Shown: positions 1-12,380 of the stretch, one piece after another
How positions within the stretch are numbered: position 1 is the stretch's first letter
How the letters are laid out: each line of letters opens with the position of its first letter
NCBI GenBank assembly: GCA_013239625.1
Contig: MU056000.1
Span: forward strand, 9,708,675 to 9,742,434
Direction: 5' to 3'
Origin: Lama guanicoe
Lineage: Eukaryota
DNA: 33,760 nucleotides
The notes under the pieces: generated by a model
The model's input: only the letters and a program-made list of their open reading frames with translations
Database searches by the model: none
What the model was told of the DNA's origin: nothing
Made by a program: the position numbers and the translations under genes

Positions 1-303
1 ATAAAAACTCAGCCCAATAGTTATAATTATTTTAATTTAAAAAAATAATCTCTTAGCTTCATGGTTCATAGAGAATGCAAAATTTCAGCAATAATAATAT
101 AACAAAGATTTGAAAATTTGACACTGAAAGATTGTTCATGTGAGAAACATTCTAATATTATTTTTTTAAAAAGTAGTTTTTCCCCCATCTCAACTCTCTT
201 TCATTAACATAATTGCTCGAAGACGTTTGAGCCACAAATATGCTTCCCGGTTATTTTATTGGTGAGTGTCGTTCATAGTCTGCACTTGTTTATACTTCGA
301 TGT

Positions 304-456
304 GGTGGTTCTCAACCCAAGGTGCTTCAACAGGAGGTCCTGGCCCCGCTCCCAGACGTTCTGATTTTATTAGGCTATGGCGGGGGACCTGAGCACCAAT
401 ATTTTTTAAAAGCTTCCCAAATGATCTTAACGTACAGCCAGGGATAAAAGCCATTA
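304..456 (+). mobile_element. MER5A1-like hAT-Charlie MITE
   Basis: GTGGTTCTCAACCC...TTCTGATTTTATTAGG...TTTAAAAGCTTCCCAAATGATCTTAACGTACAGCCAGGG resembles the recalled MER5A1 consensus. Confidence 0.7.
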
Positions 457-1059
457 TTTTAACAAATTAAAATGTAATTAAATAAAAGCAGTACCTTTGA
501 TTTTGCAGCCCCCACACCTGCTGCTCACTGTACTTCTCCCTTCTGTAGTCTCACGCAGAGGTCGCTGGCTTGTGAATGAAATAATCTGCCTCATTCATCT
601 GAACAAGCACAAAGGGAAAGCAAGCTCATTTGACAGCTTATGGTGTCAATGACATTAGCATCAGACGGCATATTAGTGCCCGTACTGAGGATATTTATGA
701 CACACAACGCAGGGAGAAATTGTAGTGGCTGGACATCTTTGCTTTGGAACTGACTTACAGGCAAGCACGGGCTAACCCTCAAAAATGAAAGGAACCCCAA
801 GAAATCAGTTCTCTTTTAAATTGAAAACAATGAGGGAATGGTCTTGATGGAGAAAAGGCTGGGCTGAGTGCCTTATGAGGAGGAGCAGAAGGACCACACG
901 TGCTGAGCATCAGGGTCACCTCCGAAAGAAAGGTCCTCACAGCAGGTGGTAGCAGCCTGCCTCTCCCCTCCTTATACGACCTGACGTGGAACCAGGTCGG
1001 GGAAGGAACTGACCTTTGCTGAGCCATCCTTTGTCCTGGGCACTTTCTAGTTGTTTGTC

Positions 1060-1215
1060 TCTGTTGTTTCTCACAAAAGCCTCACGCGTGGAAGGTGTTG
1101 TGTACCCATTTTGCAGATAAGAAAACATGTCCCAGAAACACTAATCAACTGCCAAATTTACCCAGCAAGTAAGTGGTAGATCCAGAGACTGAACCTGCCT
1201 GTAGGCTCCAAATGT
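1060..1215. mobile_element. MIR SINE fragment
   Basis: CCCATTTTGCAGATAAGAAAAC...CCAGCAAGTAAGTGGTAGA...GACTGAACC core. Confidence 0.65.
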
Positions 1216-1778
1216 TCCTCTTTCTCTGATCGCCCTGCTATCTCCCAGGCTTCTTACTGGTCAAGAAAGGGTGTGGCCAGAAAGACAGCTGGTAGTAAAC
1301 AGAGTCTGGTAGTCTCAGAGAGGAGGGAGTCCCCCAGGCAGATCTCCAGCGCCTAGAGTTACTCACTCTCCCATTCCTATGGTGCCCCAGAAGATAACAG
1401 CCACCACAAAGTGGCCTGAGCTGGGCGGGTAGATGACAAAGCTGGGAAAACCAGAACCTTCAGCACAGCAAGCTTGGAAGTAGGGCTTGAGATGCGGTGT
1501 GTGTACGGCTGGGCATTAGCACCCTAGTTTAGAACTCTGATTTTTCCCACGAACATTTTGCTGTAGGGAAGGCTCATTACCTGTGACTAGTGTCACGATT
1601 ATATAGGAAGATGCTTGTGGTTAGCAGAGCCTTCGGTGAGCTGGTTAGCATCTAAAATAATGTGCCAAATAGAGTGAACAATCAGGCCGGGAGATTCAGG
1701 TTTACAACTACTGTCCTGAGGTGCCATTTGGTTTTGGCATTCCTGGACTTTTCATTTTATAACACAATAGTATTATTA

Positions 1779-2492
1779 CACTGTTGATGGGAATGTAGTT
1801 TGGTGCAGCCATTATGCAAAACAGTATGGAGATTCCTCAAAAAGCTAAAAATAGACTTACCCTATGATCCAGCAATCCCACTCCTGGGCATATAACCAGA
1901 AGGAACTCTAATTCAAAAAGATACATGCACCCCAATGTTCATAGCAGTGCTATTTACAATAGCCAAGACATGGAAGCAACCTAAATGTCCACTGACAGAT
2001 GACTGGATAAAGAAGGTGTGGTATATTTATATAATAGAATACTACTCAGCCACAAAAAAGAATAAAATAATGCCATTTGCAGCAACATGGGTGGACCTGG
2101 AGATCATCATTCTAAGTGAAGTAAGCCAGAAAGAGAAAGAAAAATACTATATGATATCACTCATATGTGAAACCTGAAAAAAAAATGACACAAATAGCTT
2201 ATTTACAAAACAGAAACAGACTCACAGACACAGAAAAGAAACTTATGGTTACTAGAGGGGCAAGGGGACAGGAAGGGATAAACTGGGAGTTTGAGATTTG
2301 TAGATACTAGCTACTATGTATAAAATAGATAAATAACAAGTTTCTCCTGTATAGCACAGGAAACTATTTCAATATGTAATAAAAAAGGATGTGAAAAGGG
2401 ACATATGTATGTTTATGTATGACTGGGACATTATGTTGTACACCAGAAATTGACACAACATTGTAAACTGATTATACTTCAATTTAAAAAAA
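1779..2492 (+). mobile_element. 5'-truncated LINE-1: ORF2 C-terminus, 3' UTR and A-tail
   Basis: ORF 1935-2177 (MFIAVLFTIAKTWKQPKCP...) is the L1 ORF2p C-terminus. TATGATCCAGCAATCCCACTCCTGGG signature; laurasiatherian-type 3' UTR ending TATACTTCAATTTAAAAAAA. Confidence 0.93.
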
Positions 2493-3967
2493 TAGCACTA
2501 ATAATAATTCTGTTGAAATAGACCAGGATGAGTTTGAACCTACAGTTTCTGCCATGGTCTCATGTGTGAGATGCAAAGTGCCCCTTTTAATGTGGGCTTA
2601 AATTTGAAAAAGAATCCGTGATATCCATGGATCAACACCTTTGCCCCACACCAATATTAAGATGCTTCTGTGAAAATTCTGGCTGTGCTTCTTGAAGGGC
2701 TAAAAGAATAGTTTTTGAAGTGAAGCATAGCAAGCAGGCATCTCTTTAAGTCTAGGACTCTCTGTCTAAATGCAAGTTTTCCTCCAAGGGGTCTCATCTT
2801 AAGCATTTCAATCTGCTGAGAGCCAAGGATATGGCTGAAGGTGGCAATGAGGTAGAGGAAAGGGTCTGTATGTAAAGACACAACTAAGGGTTTCACAACG
2901 TGGCGGAAGTTTGCCCCAGTCTATACAATTTGATAAACCACCTTGGGATTTATGTTAAAGCCTGCAGATCCTACAGAGCCACGGCTCACCATAAATGCTT
3001 TCCTGTCACAGGGACTAGGTGCTGTGGACTGACCCAGTAGAACCAAGAGGACATGATTTCAGCAAGGGTCAGACCCACGCTGCAGGCAGCAGTACGACAG
3101 GGCTCTGCCTGATGTCATATTTCTTCTACAAGATCTACTTATGAATTGGGAAGAGGCTGGCATGAAATTATATTGCTAAGGTCTATTTGATTCCCAGATA
3201 CTTCCTCATTCTCTTTTACCATTCGCTTAGAGACCCATTCATACTATATTAAAAAAGGGATTTAAATTTTCCTGAAATGAGCTATTTGATTTTCACTCAC
3301 ATACAAGACATCGATTTTTAGAACATGACCCACTTGTTCAATGTATTGTACATAATACACATCTGTATGAGTAACAGCATACTACATCTAAGTGCAATAT
3401 GTCAGTGTTAGCTGGATTCAAAATAATTAAATGTGCGATGATTCCACACCTTTAACAAAAGCTAAGAAACGTTGCCTCACTATTCCACGTTCAGCCCAAA
3501 TTTGTCAGTAAATTCTCCAATCTTACATGGTGTCAAGAAGGGTCAAACAACATATTCCGCTTTTTTTCATTGAAGACTATTGATAGGTTTAGCATGGGGG
3601 GAAACAGATTAGGAAAACAAGCAACAAATAAAAATAAATCAAAATAGGCTACAGCAAACAAGATATATTCATTAGCTATATTTTCCAGTTAATGCTTAAT
3701 TTTTTAATTTCTAATACAATCATAATTTTTGTTTTCCCAGGACATGATTCAGTTTACAGCAATCATCTTCTTTTTAAATCCCCTCATTTGTGCCACTTAT
3801 AAATCTTTGTGACTAGTGGTGTAATGTATCAGGGGTTGTAACATGTGAACAATGGCAATTTATGATGTTCCTAAGACACTGAAAACATTTTCACTATTTG
3901 CTAGAATAGGAGAATTTTCTTGGGTCCATGCAAACGATCCACTGTTCAAATGATAAGACACTGAAAT

Positions 3968-4117
3968 GGGGGGGGGGGTGATAGCTCAGTGGTAGAGTGC
4001 ATGCTTAGCATGCATAAGGTCCTGGGTTTAATCCCCAGTACCTCCATTAAATAAATAAATAAAAATTAAAAACAAATCGGCAGTAAGCATGCTTGCTCTT
4101 AAAATAAAAACAAAAAC
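3968..4117 (+). mobile_element. tRNA-derived SINE of Vic-1 type (camelid), with target-site duplication
   Basis: G-run, then TAGCTCAGTGG (A box) and GGTTTAATCCC (B box), AGTACCTCCA and (TAAA)n. TSD AAGACACTGAAATG (3955-3968) / AAGACACTAAAATG (4118-4131). Confidence 0.85.
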
Positions 4118-4244
4118 AAGACACTAAAATGTTTTATAAGCTTTTTCCCTACAGGCCTCCTGGGATTTGCTGTATCTGCATGAATTATCAATGGCGACAT
4201 CACAGCGGACTGGGAGAAGCAAGGTGACACTTGGTGTAGATTTT

Positions 4245-4420
4245 TTTTAATTATATTGTATATAATATTTAACGGTTATTTCAAAATATTGGCGCTATTC
4301 CCCGTGTTGTACAGGACATCCTTGCAGCCTCTCTTACACCCGGTAGCTTGCCCGGTCCACTCCCCACCCCTGTCTGCCGCTCCTCCCTCTCTCCGCACCG
4401 GGGGACCACCAGTTTGTTCA
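4245..4420 (-). mobile_element. LINE-1 3' UTR fragment (L1MA-like), strongly GC-shifted
   Basis: Aligns without gaps to the reverse complement of the L1 copy at 25401-25485. Confidence 0.75.
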
Positions 4421-5813
4421 ACAGAGTGCATGTTAAACCACGCCCAGCCTCAGCTGGGCACAGGTTCTGCTTCATAATCCTTCACACACCTGCCCATTCC
4501 ACCACTTTCCAGGTAGTCTCGCTGGTGTCCTCCCCCACATTCAATCTTTCTCCCTTCTCAAGTGTCCACGGACACTCTGTGTGGCCTTATTAAAATCGAC
4601 TCCTGCACATAGTATGGGGGGAATCCTAATTGGCTTTCCAGGCAAGTGTGTTTGTGACTATCTTCGATGTGAACGCCATGCATATTAGCCGAAGCGGGGA
4701 AATAAATGACGAAAGGTACTCACCGTGACCATAAAACACGGCTAGAACGGGGGAAAGCATCACGCGGCGCAGTGCGCCCCGGCTCCACCCGCAGGACACA
4801 GAGCGGGGAGCAGGGACGCGGGCCCAGTGAAAAACAGCACTTGGCATGCACGTCACAGGGAGGGCGAGCCTCCCAATCTTGGCCCTGCACCCACCCAACA
4901 TAAACTCAAACTTGGAACCAGTTAAGCCTGTCCATAAATCCGGAGCCTTGGGAAACGGAATGGAGTCCTAAATCAAAAAAGGGACAAAGGAGGCGCAGGA
5001 AAAATACTCACGAGGCAAATCTACACAGCGGCTTTACGGTGTTACTAAGAGGGAGGAGCCGACAGGACATCCATAAAACCTCAGATTAAAGCCTTTAAGG
5101 CATTGAAATTACATTATTAGATCGTAATACTGTTGGCATTTCATAATGAAAACTTTGAAATCCAGGGGATAAGCTATTTTTTAAAGGCTCACTTAAGGAC
5201 TTTGGGGGAGATTACTCATTCATCATCTTGATCTGCTAGAGTGATTGCTAATCACCGAATGCTCACAGGCTCTGAGGAAAAGAAATCCTGACTCACTCTT
5301 ATCCACCATCTCACCCGGCTCAGGGTACCTCCTTCCATCCTTCAGTTTCCGTTCTTCCTGCTAGTCACTCTGTTTTCATTTCTTCTCATGCAAATAAAAG
5401 GAGAGAGTAGGATTCAACCTGTAATCACTGTCTCTCTGACTGCTTGGTTTTACAGTTTTCCAAGCTGAGGAACTCAACCATCAAAGCCCCTCCAGGGTGC
5501 AGATGGGGCAAGCAATGCGTTCTGCTCTTGCGATGATAAGATTCGCTGTGTTTAAAGCGCATCACTGAATGAGGTCCCCATTTAGGACAGAGGAGAACCT
5601 GTTTGTGGATTCACAGTGTCTTAGCCAAATCACAGAGCTGATTCTACAGCTGACCTTGAATTCTCCTCTATCCTTCACTGATGATATTTGTGGACACTTA
5701 ATATATATACATGTTGGATTCAGCAGACAGTAGTCAATTAACCAGAAGGTATAAACTTTAAAAATTGCTAGAACTCAACACTGGAAAAAAATCATAAGCC
5801 AAAACTCCCAGAT

Positions 5814-5838
5814 TTTTTGTTTGTTTGTTTGTTTGTTT
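5814..5838. repeat. (GTTT)n microsatellite
   Basis: Direct reading: TTTTTGTTTGTTTGTTTGTTTGTTT. Confidence 0.9.
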
Positions 5839-7623
5839 GGTTTCACCCAATCTAGAAGACCATATTGTGAGTATAAGTTTATCATTTGTTTTCCATTAAG
5901 AGGCATTATTTTGACGTGCTGACGGGGAGCTACTCATCAACAGTAATCAGTTGCACAATATAATTTTTAAAAATCACTTCTAAAACTTGCCTTGTGCTGC
6001 AGCTTTGTCACCAAGGGGAAATCGTGTCTTTAAGAGGAAATGGCTCATTCATATATTTAGTTATTTTTACAATTACTTAAAATGTCTGTGTTGTGAAAAT
6101 TTTATAAACTACGTTATCAGGATGCATTAACATGTCAGTGTTTTAAAATGTCACGTCTTTGAACAAAAATTTATCATTGATAAAGACATTGCTGACACTG
6201 CATTTTGTTTAACCTGGAGAATCCTGCAATGTAATTAAAACATTTATGATTTGTCTCATCGTGTCTCTTGATGCTGAATAAATTATTTACAAGATTTTTC
6301 CATTGTTGATAGCATTTGACACGAAGAGGTACTTTTCGCTCCAGTGACTTAGAAACACACGATTTCCATCAGCCACTATTCTGTAGTGGGCAGCAGTCAG
6401 TACAAGGTTTGCAATATCGTTTAGAAAGCAGCCGTCCTCAAGTCCTGCACTCCAAGCTGGTTTCCGGTCCACTCCTCCATCAGGCACCACGCATACCTCC
6501 TCCCTTCAGGCAGCAAGTAGTGAGTCCCCAGTGCTTGTGAGTCTGAGATCTCTCCCCTTCTCCTTTAGATCTAAACGTAGACATCACCTTCACAGAGCTG
6601 TCTTTCCTTATGGCCCAGTTATGGCTCAATTTGGAAGAACTATACTTGCGCAGAGAGGGTCACCAGCTGCTGTGAGCTGCACAGGGGAACCAGAGGACCA
6701 GTGAAAGCCAGGCAAAGAGGCACAGTGGCTGCCTCAGCTCAGGGTAGCTCCTCACGGCTGTTACGTTCTGTGGCCTTAGTTAAAAATAAATGGGGACACA
6801 TAGTGTGGCTTCTACCTGCTAATCTGTGATCCCTGAATAGCTGTCATCTCCCTGGTTCCTCTCACTCATGGCATGCAGTGTTTTTCTTTATAGCACTTAA
6901 CTCCCGATCTTTATATCTTTTTCTATGTATCACCCACACATGTCAGGTTATCCAACTGTAAACTGAGATCATATAAAATTATGTGCCTGAATAACTGCTT
7001 ATTTTCTGTGTCTAGTCGTCTTCCGTGATTCCATGAAATCATGGGTCTGTGACTTTTTTTTCCACCATCACTCCGTCTGCACACCAGAATGTCTGACCCA
7101 CAGGAGGTGCAAAGTTTAAGATGAATCAGGATGGAGACAGAGGAAAGAGACTGCTCTATCACCCTGCAGTGGCATCAAGACCCTCACTGTAGTCTTCTCC
7201 ATGTTCAAGGCAGCCAGCGACTCTCTCCATCACCCAGAAGATTCAACTGATTTGTCCTCCCTCGGTCCCTGATTCAGAAGAAAGCAGAGTGCCCTTCAGC
7301 GGGTGGGAGCTGGGGAGAGGGAGGTGGAGGTGAACATGAAGGGGCCTCACTGGCTCCTTGATGCTTCAGTGACCTTCCTTGCTGAATGAGTTCCTAAAAA
7401 TTTCCAGCTGTTTTCATGGTATTCGTTTCCACTCTGGGGCTCCAAAACATACATAAACACTAACGGAGTGTAACTATCACAAAATTACATGAATTATACA
7501 ATTTGCAAGTTATTTGAGTGTAAAAAAAAATCCAATTTTGAAAGCTTATTTCTGGATGCTCAATGACACTCAGCCCCATTGCACAGAAACAGCAATTACA
7601 ATTCAGACATCCATGAACAACTT

Positions 7624-7663
7624 TTTATTAATCTTCATTATTTTTACATTTTCATTATTTATT
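7624..7663 (-). terminator. Candidate polyadenylation signals (AATAAA at 7658-7663 and 7624-7629)
   Basis: Two minus-strand AATAAA hexamers followed by GU/U-rich sequence (TTGTTCATGGATGTCTGAATTGTAATTGCTGTTTCTGTG). Confidence 0.55.
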
Positions 7664-8099
7664 CTTCAAAAGAAAATGATTATTTTGACCGCAATTCACA
7701 CAAATCAACTGATATATTAATTCAGACACAAAGCAGCTGCTCAAATGAAAATAGCATTATCCAAGATGGGTAGGTGTCCCATGGATCATCCAGACTTAAT
7801 TCTCATCATAATTAGCATAAAATGAAACCTGCCGAAGAGCAAATCCTCATGCAAGGTACCCACACCAGTCTCCCTGCAACCCTTCCTTCTTATAAAACCC
7901 TTTATCACCAGAAGTATGAAGTTATGTGGAGCTGAAGTTAACCAAACATCTGGAAGCCACAATTCTAAGTCAATACTGACCAAGTTTCCTAGTCAAGAGG
8001 TTCTAGATGAAACAGTTTATAATTTATAACCAGAATTTAAAACACAAATATATGAAAAGTTTCTTCAACAGTATTTTCTTAATTAATCAAAGGCCATGT

Positions 8100-8780
8100 G
8101 AAGTTCCCACCCACTATCCAGATTTATTCTTCCCCTTTTTTCCTCCCAATCATTACATTTTTTCAAGTCAATGGAAACCTTTACCATTTAATCATACCTG
8201 TTTTTATTTTCCCTTGTTATCTTCTCATCTTTGTCCACACCAAATATATCTTACAGGCATCACCACAGCACGTGCGCTAGTCTGTGAATGGTACCTTTCA
8301 CTTAGTATGTGCTCACCATTTCCGCGTTATGAAATCTTCACTATCATTTTTCGTGGCTGCCTAATGTCGTCTAACTTCCTTAATCACAGATTTACTTTTG
8401 AACTTTCGGGGCATTTATATTTTTCCCATTATTAAATGCATTTTTATATATAATTGTCAAAAAAAATTGTGGTCAGTCTTTTAAATTGTTTCCTTGGTCT
8501 AGGTTTCCAGGAGAGAAAATGAGGATCAAAGCATGTCAACGTTTTTCTGATTCATTCTGTGCTTGATTATTGAATCATTTTACAGAAAGAATGGGTCGGT
8601 TCACATTGCTCTAAGACCTCACTGCAATTCACTTTCAGATTTATTTTTATTACAAGACATATCAGTTAGTATCTCATTATTCATTATCAGGGGGCTGAGC
8701 ACTATTCTATTTGTTTATTCTATAAGATTATAGGGTTGCCTATTCATCTATTCACATTTTTAACTCAACCTTCTATTTCC
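8100..8780 (-). mobile_element. Ancient L1ME-like 3' fragment inside the DNAH5 3' UTR
   Basis: Degenerate antisense-L1M motifs (TTTCACTTAGTATG, TTTTCGTGGCTGCCTAAT, TTTCCTTGGTCTAGGTTTCCAGGAGAGAAAATGAGGATCAAAG). Boundaries approximate. Confidence 0.55.
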
Positions 8781-9277
8781 TTCCATTTTTTAAAACGTCT
8801 GTTTAATTGGCTGTTTGAGCCATAAAAACAAATCTCTTACCTGACCTAAATGCAAAAGGCAATAGAGGCAAAATCAGCACAAACGTGTCGTGTTACCTTA
8901 GAGAGCCAGCCGTTCACCAGAACCACATTAACAAGAAGAACCCCTTCCAGGGAAGGACCATCTGCTTAGCCTAGTCAGTCCTTGGAGTTGAAGGAAGAAG
9001 AAAATGTATTACTGTGGACTTGAGGGCCATGCTTTATCAGAAAGCTGTAAATTTTACTTCTAAATCACCAAATAAACTTTTCCAAACACACAGCGATTGG
9101 TCATTAGTGATGAAACAGGCTAAATGTAACCAAGCGTCCAACTACGGAGTAAGGAAAACCAGTGTAGCTCATTCACTGCACAGTCAACCTGATTTACACG
9201 TTGTCCAGCACTCACAGAAGAACCAAGGCGATGATGCTTTGGAGCCTCCATTTATCGGGTAAGGGCCACGCTCCACG

Positions 9278-9429
9278 TTACTTGACATCACAGAGAAGGG
9301 CAACCCCACGGAGCACCCAGTGTTCAGGGACCTGGGTCGTCCTGAGGTCCACAGCAGCGATGTAATTCAGGTCTGTTCGGACTGGCTTCTTGTAGATGGG
9401 GCAGGAGTACAACCGAGGATCTCTTGCAG
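9278..9429 (-). CDS. DNAH5: DNAH5 terminal coding exon: (T)[49 protein letters not shown]
   Basis: Not in the ORF track; translated by hand. Acceptor TTTTTTGTAG|CT, stop TAA at 9278-9280. YSCPIYK and [11 protein letters not shown] are the canonical dynein C-terminus. The nine exons sum to 1842 nt in frame. Confidence 0.96.
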
Positions 9430-10870
9430 CTACAAAAAATTCATTTAAAAAAAGCTTGGTGAATTTCTAATTTGAGCAGCCCCAAACAGAGCACACATAG
9501 AGCCAAATTTGTGCAAGCTGAAGGTCATTCCCAAGAGAGATGGGCTTCGTAGAATGAGGGAAACTCTTCCCGAGGTCAGGTAATCCCAGACACACCACAC
9601 ACTTCCAGTGGGTGTGACAAGACACCCAGGTGTCCTCAGGTTTACTCAACTCACCTTTGGTCCCATGTGCTTGACAGTACGCCCTGCCCACGTGACACAA
9701 CCATGGACTTCCCATTGCTTCCTCACTCTGCTTTCCACCTGTCAATTCCACTCTCCCCCTTCACCCTCTCTCCTGTACTTCCCTACCGTATCCTGTGCTC
9801 ACACACCCTCTCTATTTTTCCCTTATGGCTTGCCTTTGGCACAAGATACCTGTTCCTTTTAATCAGACATCCACCACCAATGTTAAGTATTATTTCACTA
9901 TTATTCTGACTTCAAAATCCTGCCTTCAACCCTCTGTGCCACAGTTCAAACCACATCTGAAATCCCAGGACAAGGATGCTCCCCACCCCTACCAAGTATT
10001 ATGAGTTCTCCACGCATGCAGAGGAATAAAAATGGCTGAGAAGAAGGGAGTCATGGCACAGCTGAGCTCTCTAAGACTCAATCTGCTTTTTAGATGAAAT
10101 AGATGGAGTCCCCCAAATCACATATGCAATGAAAGACAATCTGTGTGTCCATCCTTCAAAGATCCTCTCTAATACATTCTCTCCAGCCTTGGAAACCCCA
10201 TGTCGAGGACAAATGCAAGTCTTGTAGGGCCTCAAACTTATACAGTTTGAGGAAGGGACTTCTTCCCAAAAACAGAGTGCAGTTTGCAAACACAAAATAA
10301 GTTTTGGAAGGAGCCTCTGCACTGAGCAGCCTTGGAGTTTAAGCTTCACCAGCTTCTTGTTAAATCCACTCTACCCATGGTCGTTTATTTGCACATCTCA
10401 GAACATCCATCTCAGGAAGCAGTATATTATCTCCTCTTCTCTCCCAGACTATAAATTATTTCAGAACAAAAGTTATGTCTGCACTCATCCATGCACTCCT
10501 CTGGAAGGCCAGTATTATAAATGGCCCTCACATAACTATTGAGACAAAAACACATTTAACTAAGTGGATAACTTTGCTGTGATGAATTAATGTTACAAAC
10601 ATGGGCACTGTGACAGGAAAACAGTAACTTTCTAAGTGCAATATTAATATATTAATGATACTGGATTTATTTCCCAAAACTAGCTTGCTCAATAATTTAG
10701 CTTTTCCTAATACATTACAAAAGCAAGGCACTATCAGAAGTTACAGTCCCATGTTTTGACCCATGTGTTTTTATACCTCCACTATAAATTTAATTAAATT
10801 TATTGGAAGAAAGCAAACATTTGAATATGTAACATTATACAAAGTTTTGATATAAAATAAATATTCTAAA

Positions 10871-11072
10871 GCTGTGATTCTTAACCAGGTGGAATTTTTA
10901 CCCCAGGGGATATTTGCCCATATCTAGAGACATTTTTGGTTATCACACCTGGGAAGGTACCACTGGCATCAGTAGGTAGAAGCCATGGATGCTGCTAACA
11001 TCCTGTGATGCACAGGACGGCAAGAGTTATCTGGATCAAAAATGTCAATAACACCAAGGTTGGGAATCCCTC
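10871..11072 (+). mobile_element. MER20 hAT-Charlie DNA transposon
   Basis: GTGATTCTTAACC...CCCCAGGGGATATTTG...GAGACATTTTTGGTTATCACA...AATGTCAATAACACCAAGGTTGGGAATCCCT. Confidence 0.85.
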
Positions 11073-12149
11073 TTCTAAAACAAGGTCACAGATATTTTAT
11101 AGTACTTTAAAACCATGTATTTGCTTAATCCCTTGAAATTAATCATCAGAAACCATCTAAATTAATGTAACACCTAATTTTGAAGTCTAGGCAAATTTTT
11201 TAATTACTATGAGAATATCATTGGTAATAATAATTATGCAAATATATGAAAATTCTGATTAAGTGAATGACAGGGAATTTGTGGAGTGCAGTTAATACTA
11301 ACTATATTAACTGATACATTTAAACCTTTTAATCCTAGGATCTGAACATATAACAAATATTTAACTAATTGTTCTTCAATGCACATTTGACAAACGGTCA
11401 TTTTCTAAATCTTGAAGCAAGCCATTAGAGTCTTACTTTTGAATCAAAGGATAATTTTAATAATTGCACCTTGGGAAGCATCTGATTCCTTGGTTTTAAT
11501 CTCAAAAGAAAAATAAAGTTGGAAAAAATAACATTCTTTTGAATAAGTAGGTTAAAAAAAGCAATTCTCTGAAATATTTATCCAATTTTATTGAATTTTA
11601 ATTGTTTCCGAACGGAAGGCACCCACACCACGCCGCAGCATGCAGCAGCCTCCTGCATGCACTACAAATATAATTTCATAGCGGAAGTGCTGACAAACAC
11701 TAAAAAGCCACAGAAACAGATCATCTGAAACCATTACCCCTGGTTAGACAAATAACTTTAAAGACAAAAATAAACATGCTAGGTAGGAAGAACAAATCAA
11801 CTAAACAGGTTTAAAGCCATAGGGCCCCCGAGAGAAGAGGTTGTCTAAATTGATGAGCTATCTGCTTTAGGAGGCTGAGGTTCCTTAAAAAAACACCTCG
11901 AGGAAATTCCATTTTCTGACTATGTAACTTCCCTCTCCAGCCTACATTTTTCATCCAAATGTCAGTGTATCATTACATAATATATGTCTTCCAATATCCA
12001 AAATAATCAAGTTACATACAGATCCCCTCTATGCTCTTTAAACCATCCCTTTATTTAACCCCTTTTTTGCTAATTACATTGAAGTTATTAAATAGCACAT
12101 GCTTACATGTGATATTTTTTAATCCTTCAACATGCATGTGGGTTATCAT

Positions 12150-12380
12150 ATTAGTAGTAATACTAATAAAATTATTTAGTGTATGCTAATTACGTGCTAG
12201 ATATTGTTCAGTTTAATTCTCTCAACAACCCAATGAGATGGGTATCGTGATTAAATCCATTTTACAGATGAGGAAACTGGAAGAACACAAGGAGGTGGGT
12301 TACTTAGCCAGGGTTGCAGAGCTGTAGGGGATGAGTCACACCTGCCCAGAATGGGTCCAGAGCTTCTGCTCTTAATCTCA
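12150..12380. mobile_element. MIR SINE
   Basis: TTTAATTCTCTCAACAACCCAATGAG...CCATTTTACAGATGAGGAAACTG core. Confidence 0.8.

Larger units (their letters stand above)
7600..9277 (-). other. DNAH5: Putative DNAH5 3' UTR (~1.7 kb)
   Basis: Runs from the stop codon to the paired AATAAA signals; the end point is inferred. Confidence 0.6.

Noticed and set aside
982..993. TGACGTGGAACC identical to 12 nt of the minisatellite unit 30 kb away
   Set aside because: Flanks do not extend the match; a single 12-mer match is compatible with chance.
1935..2177. 80-aa ORF as a host gene
   Set aside because: It is the LINE-1 ORF2p C-terminal remnant in a truncated insertion.
3872..3884. Third copy of TAAGACACTGAAA upstream of the SINE TSD
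   Set aside because: Short local duplication in AT-rich DNA; no larger repeat structure.
3968..4046. tRNA gene
   Set aside because: Has A/B boxes, but also a poly-G start, A-rich tails and a TSD: a tRNA-derived SINE.
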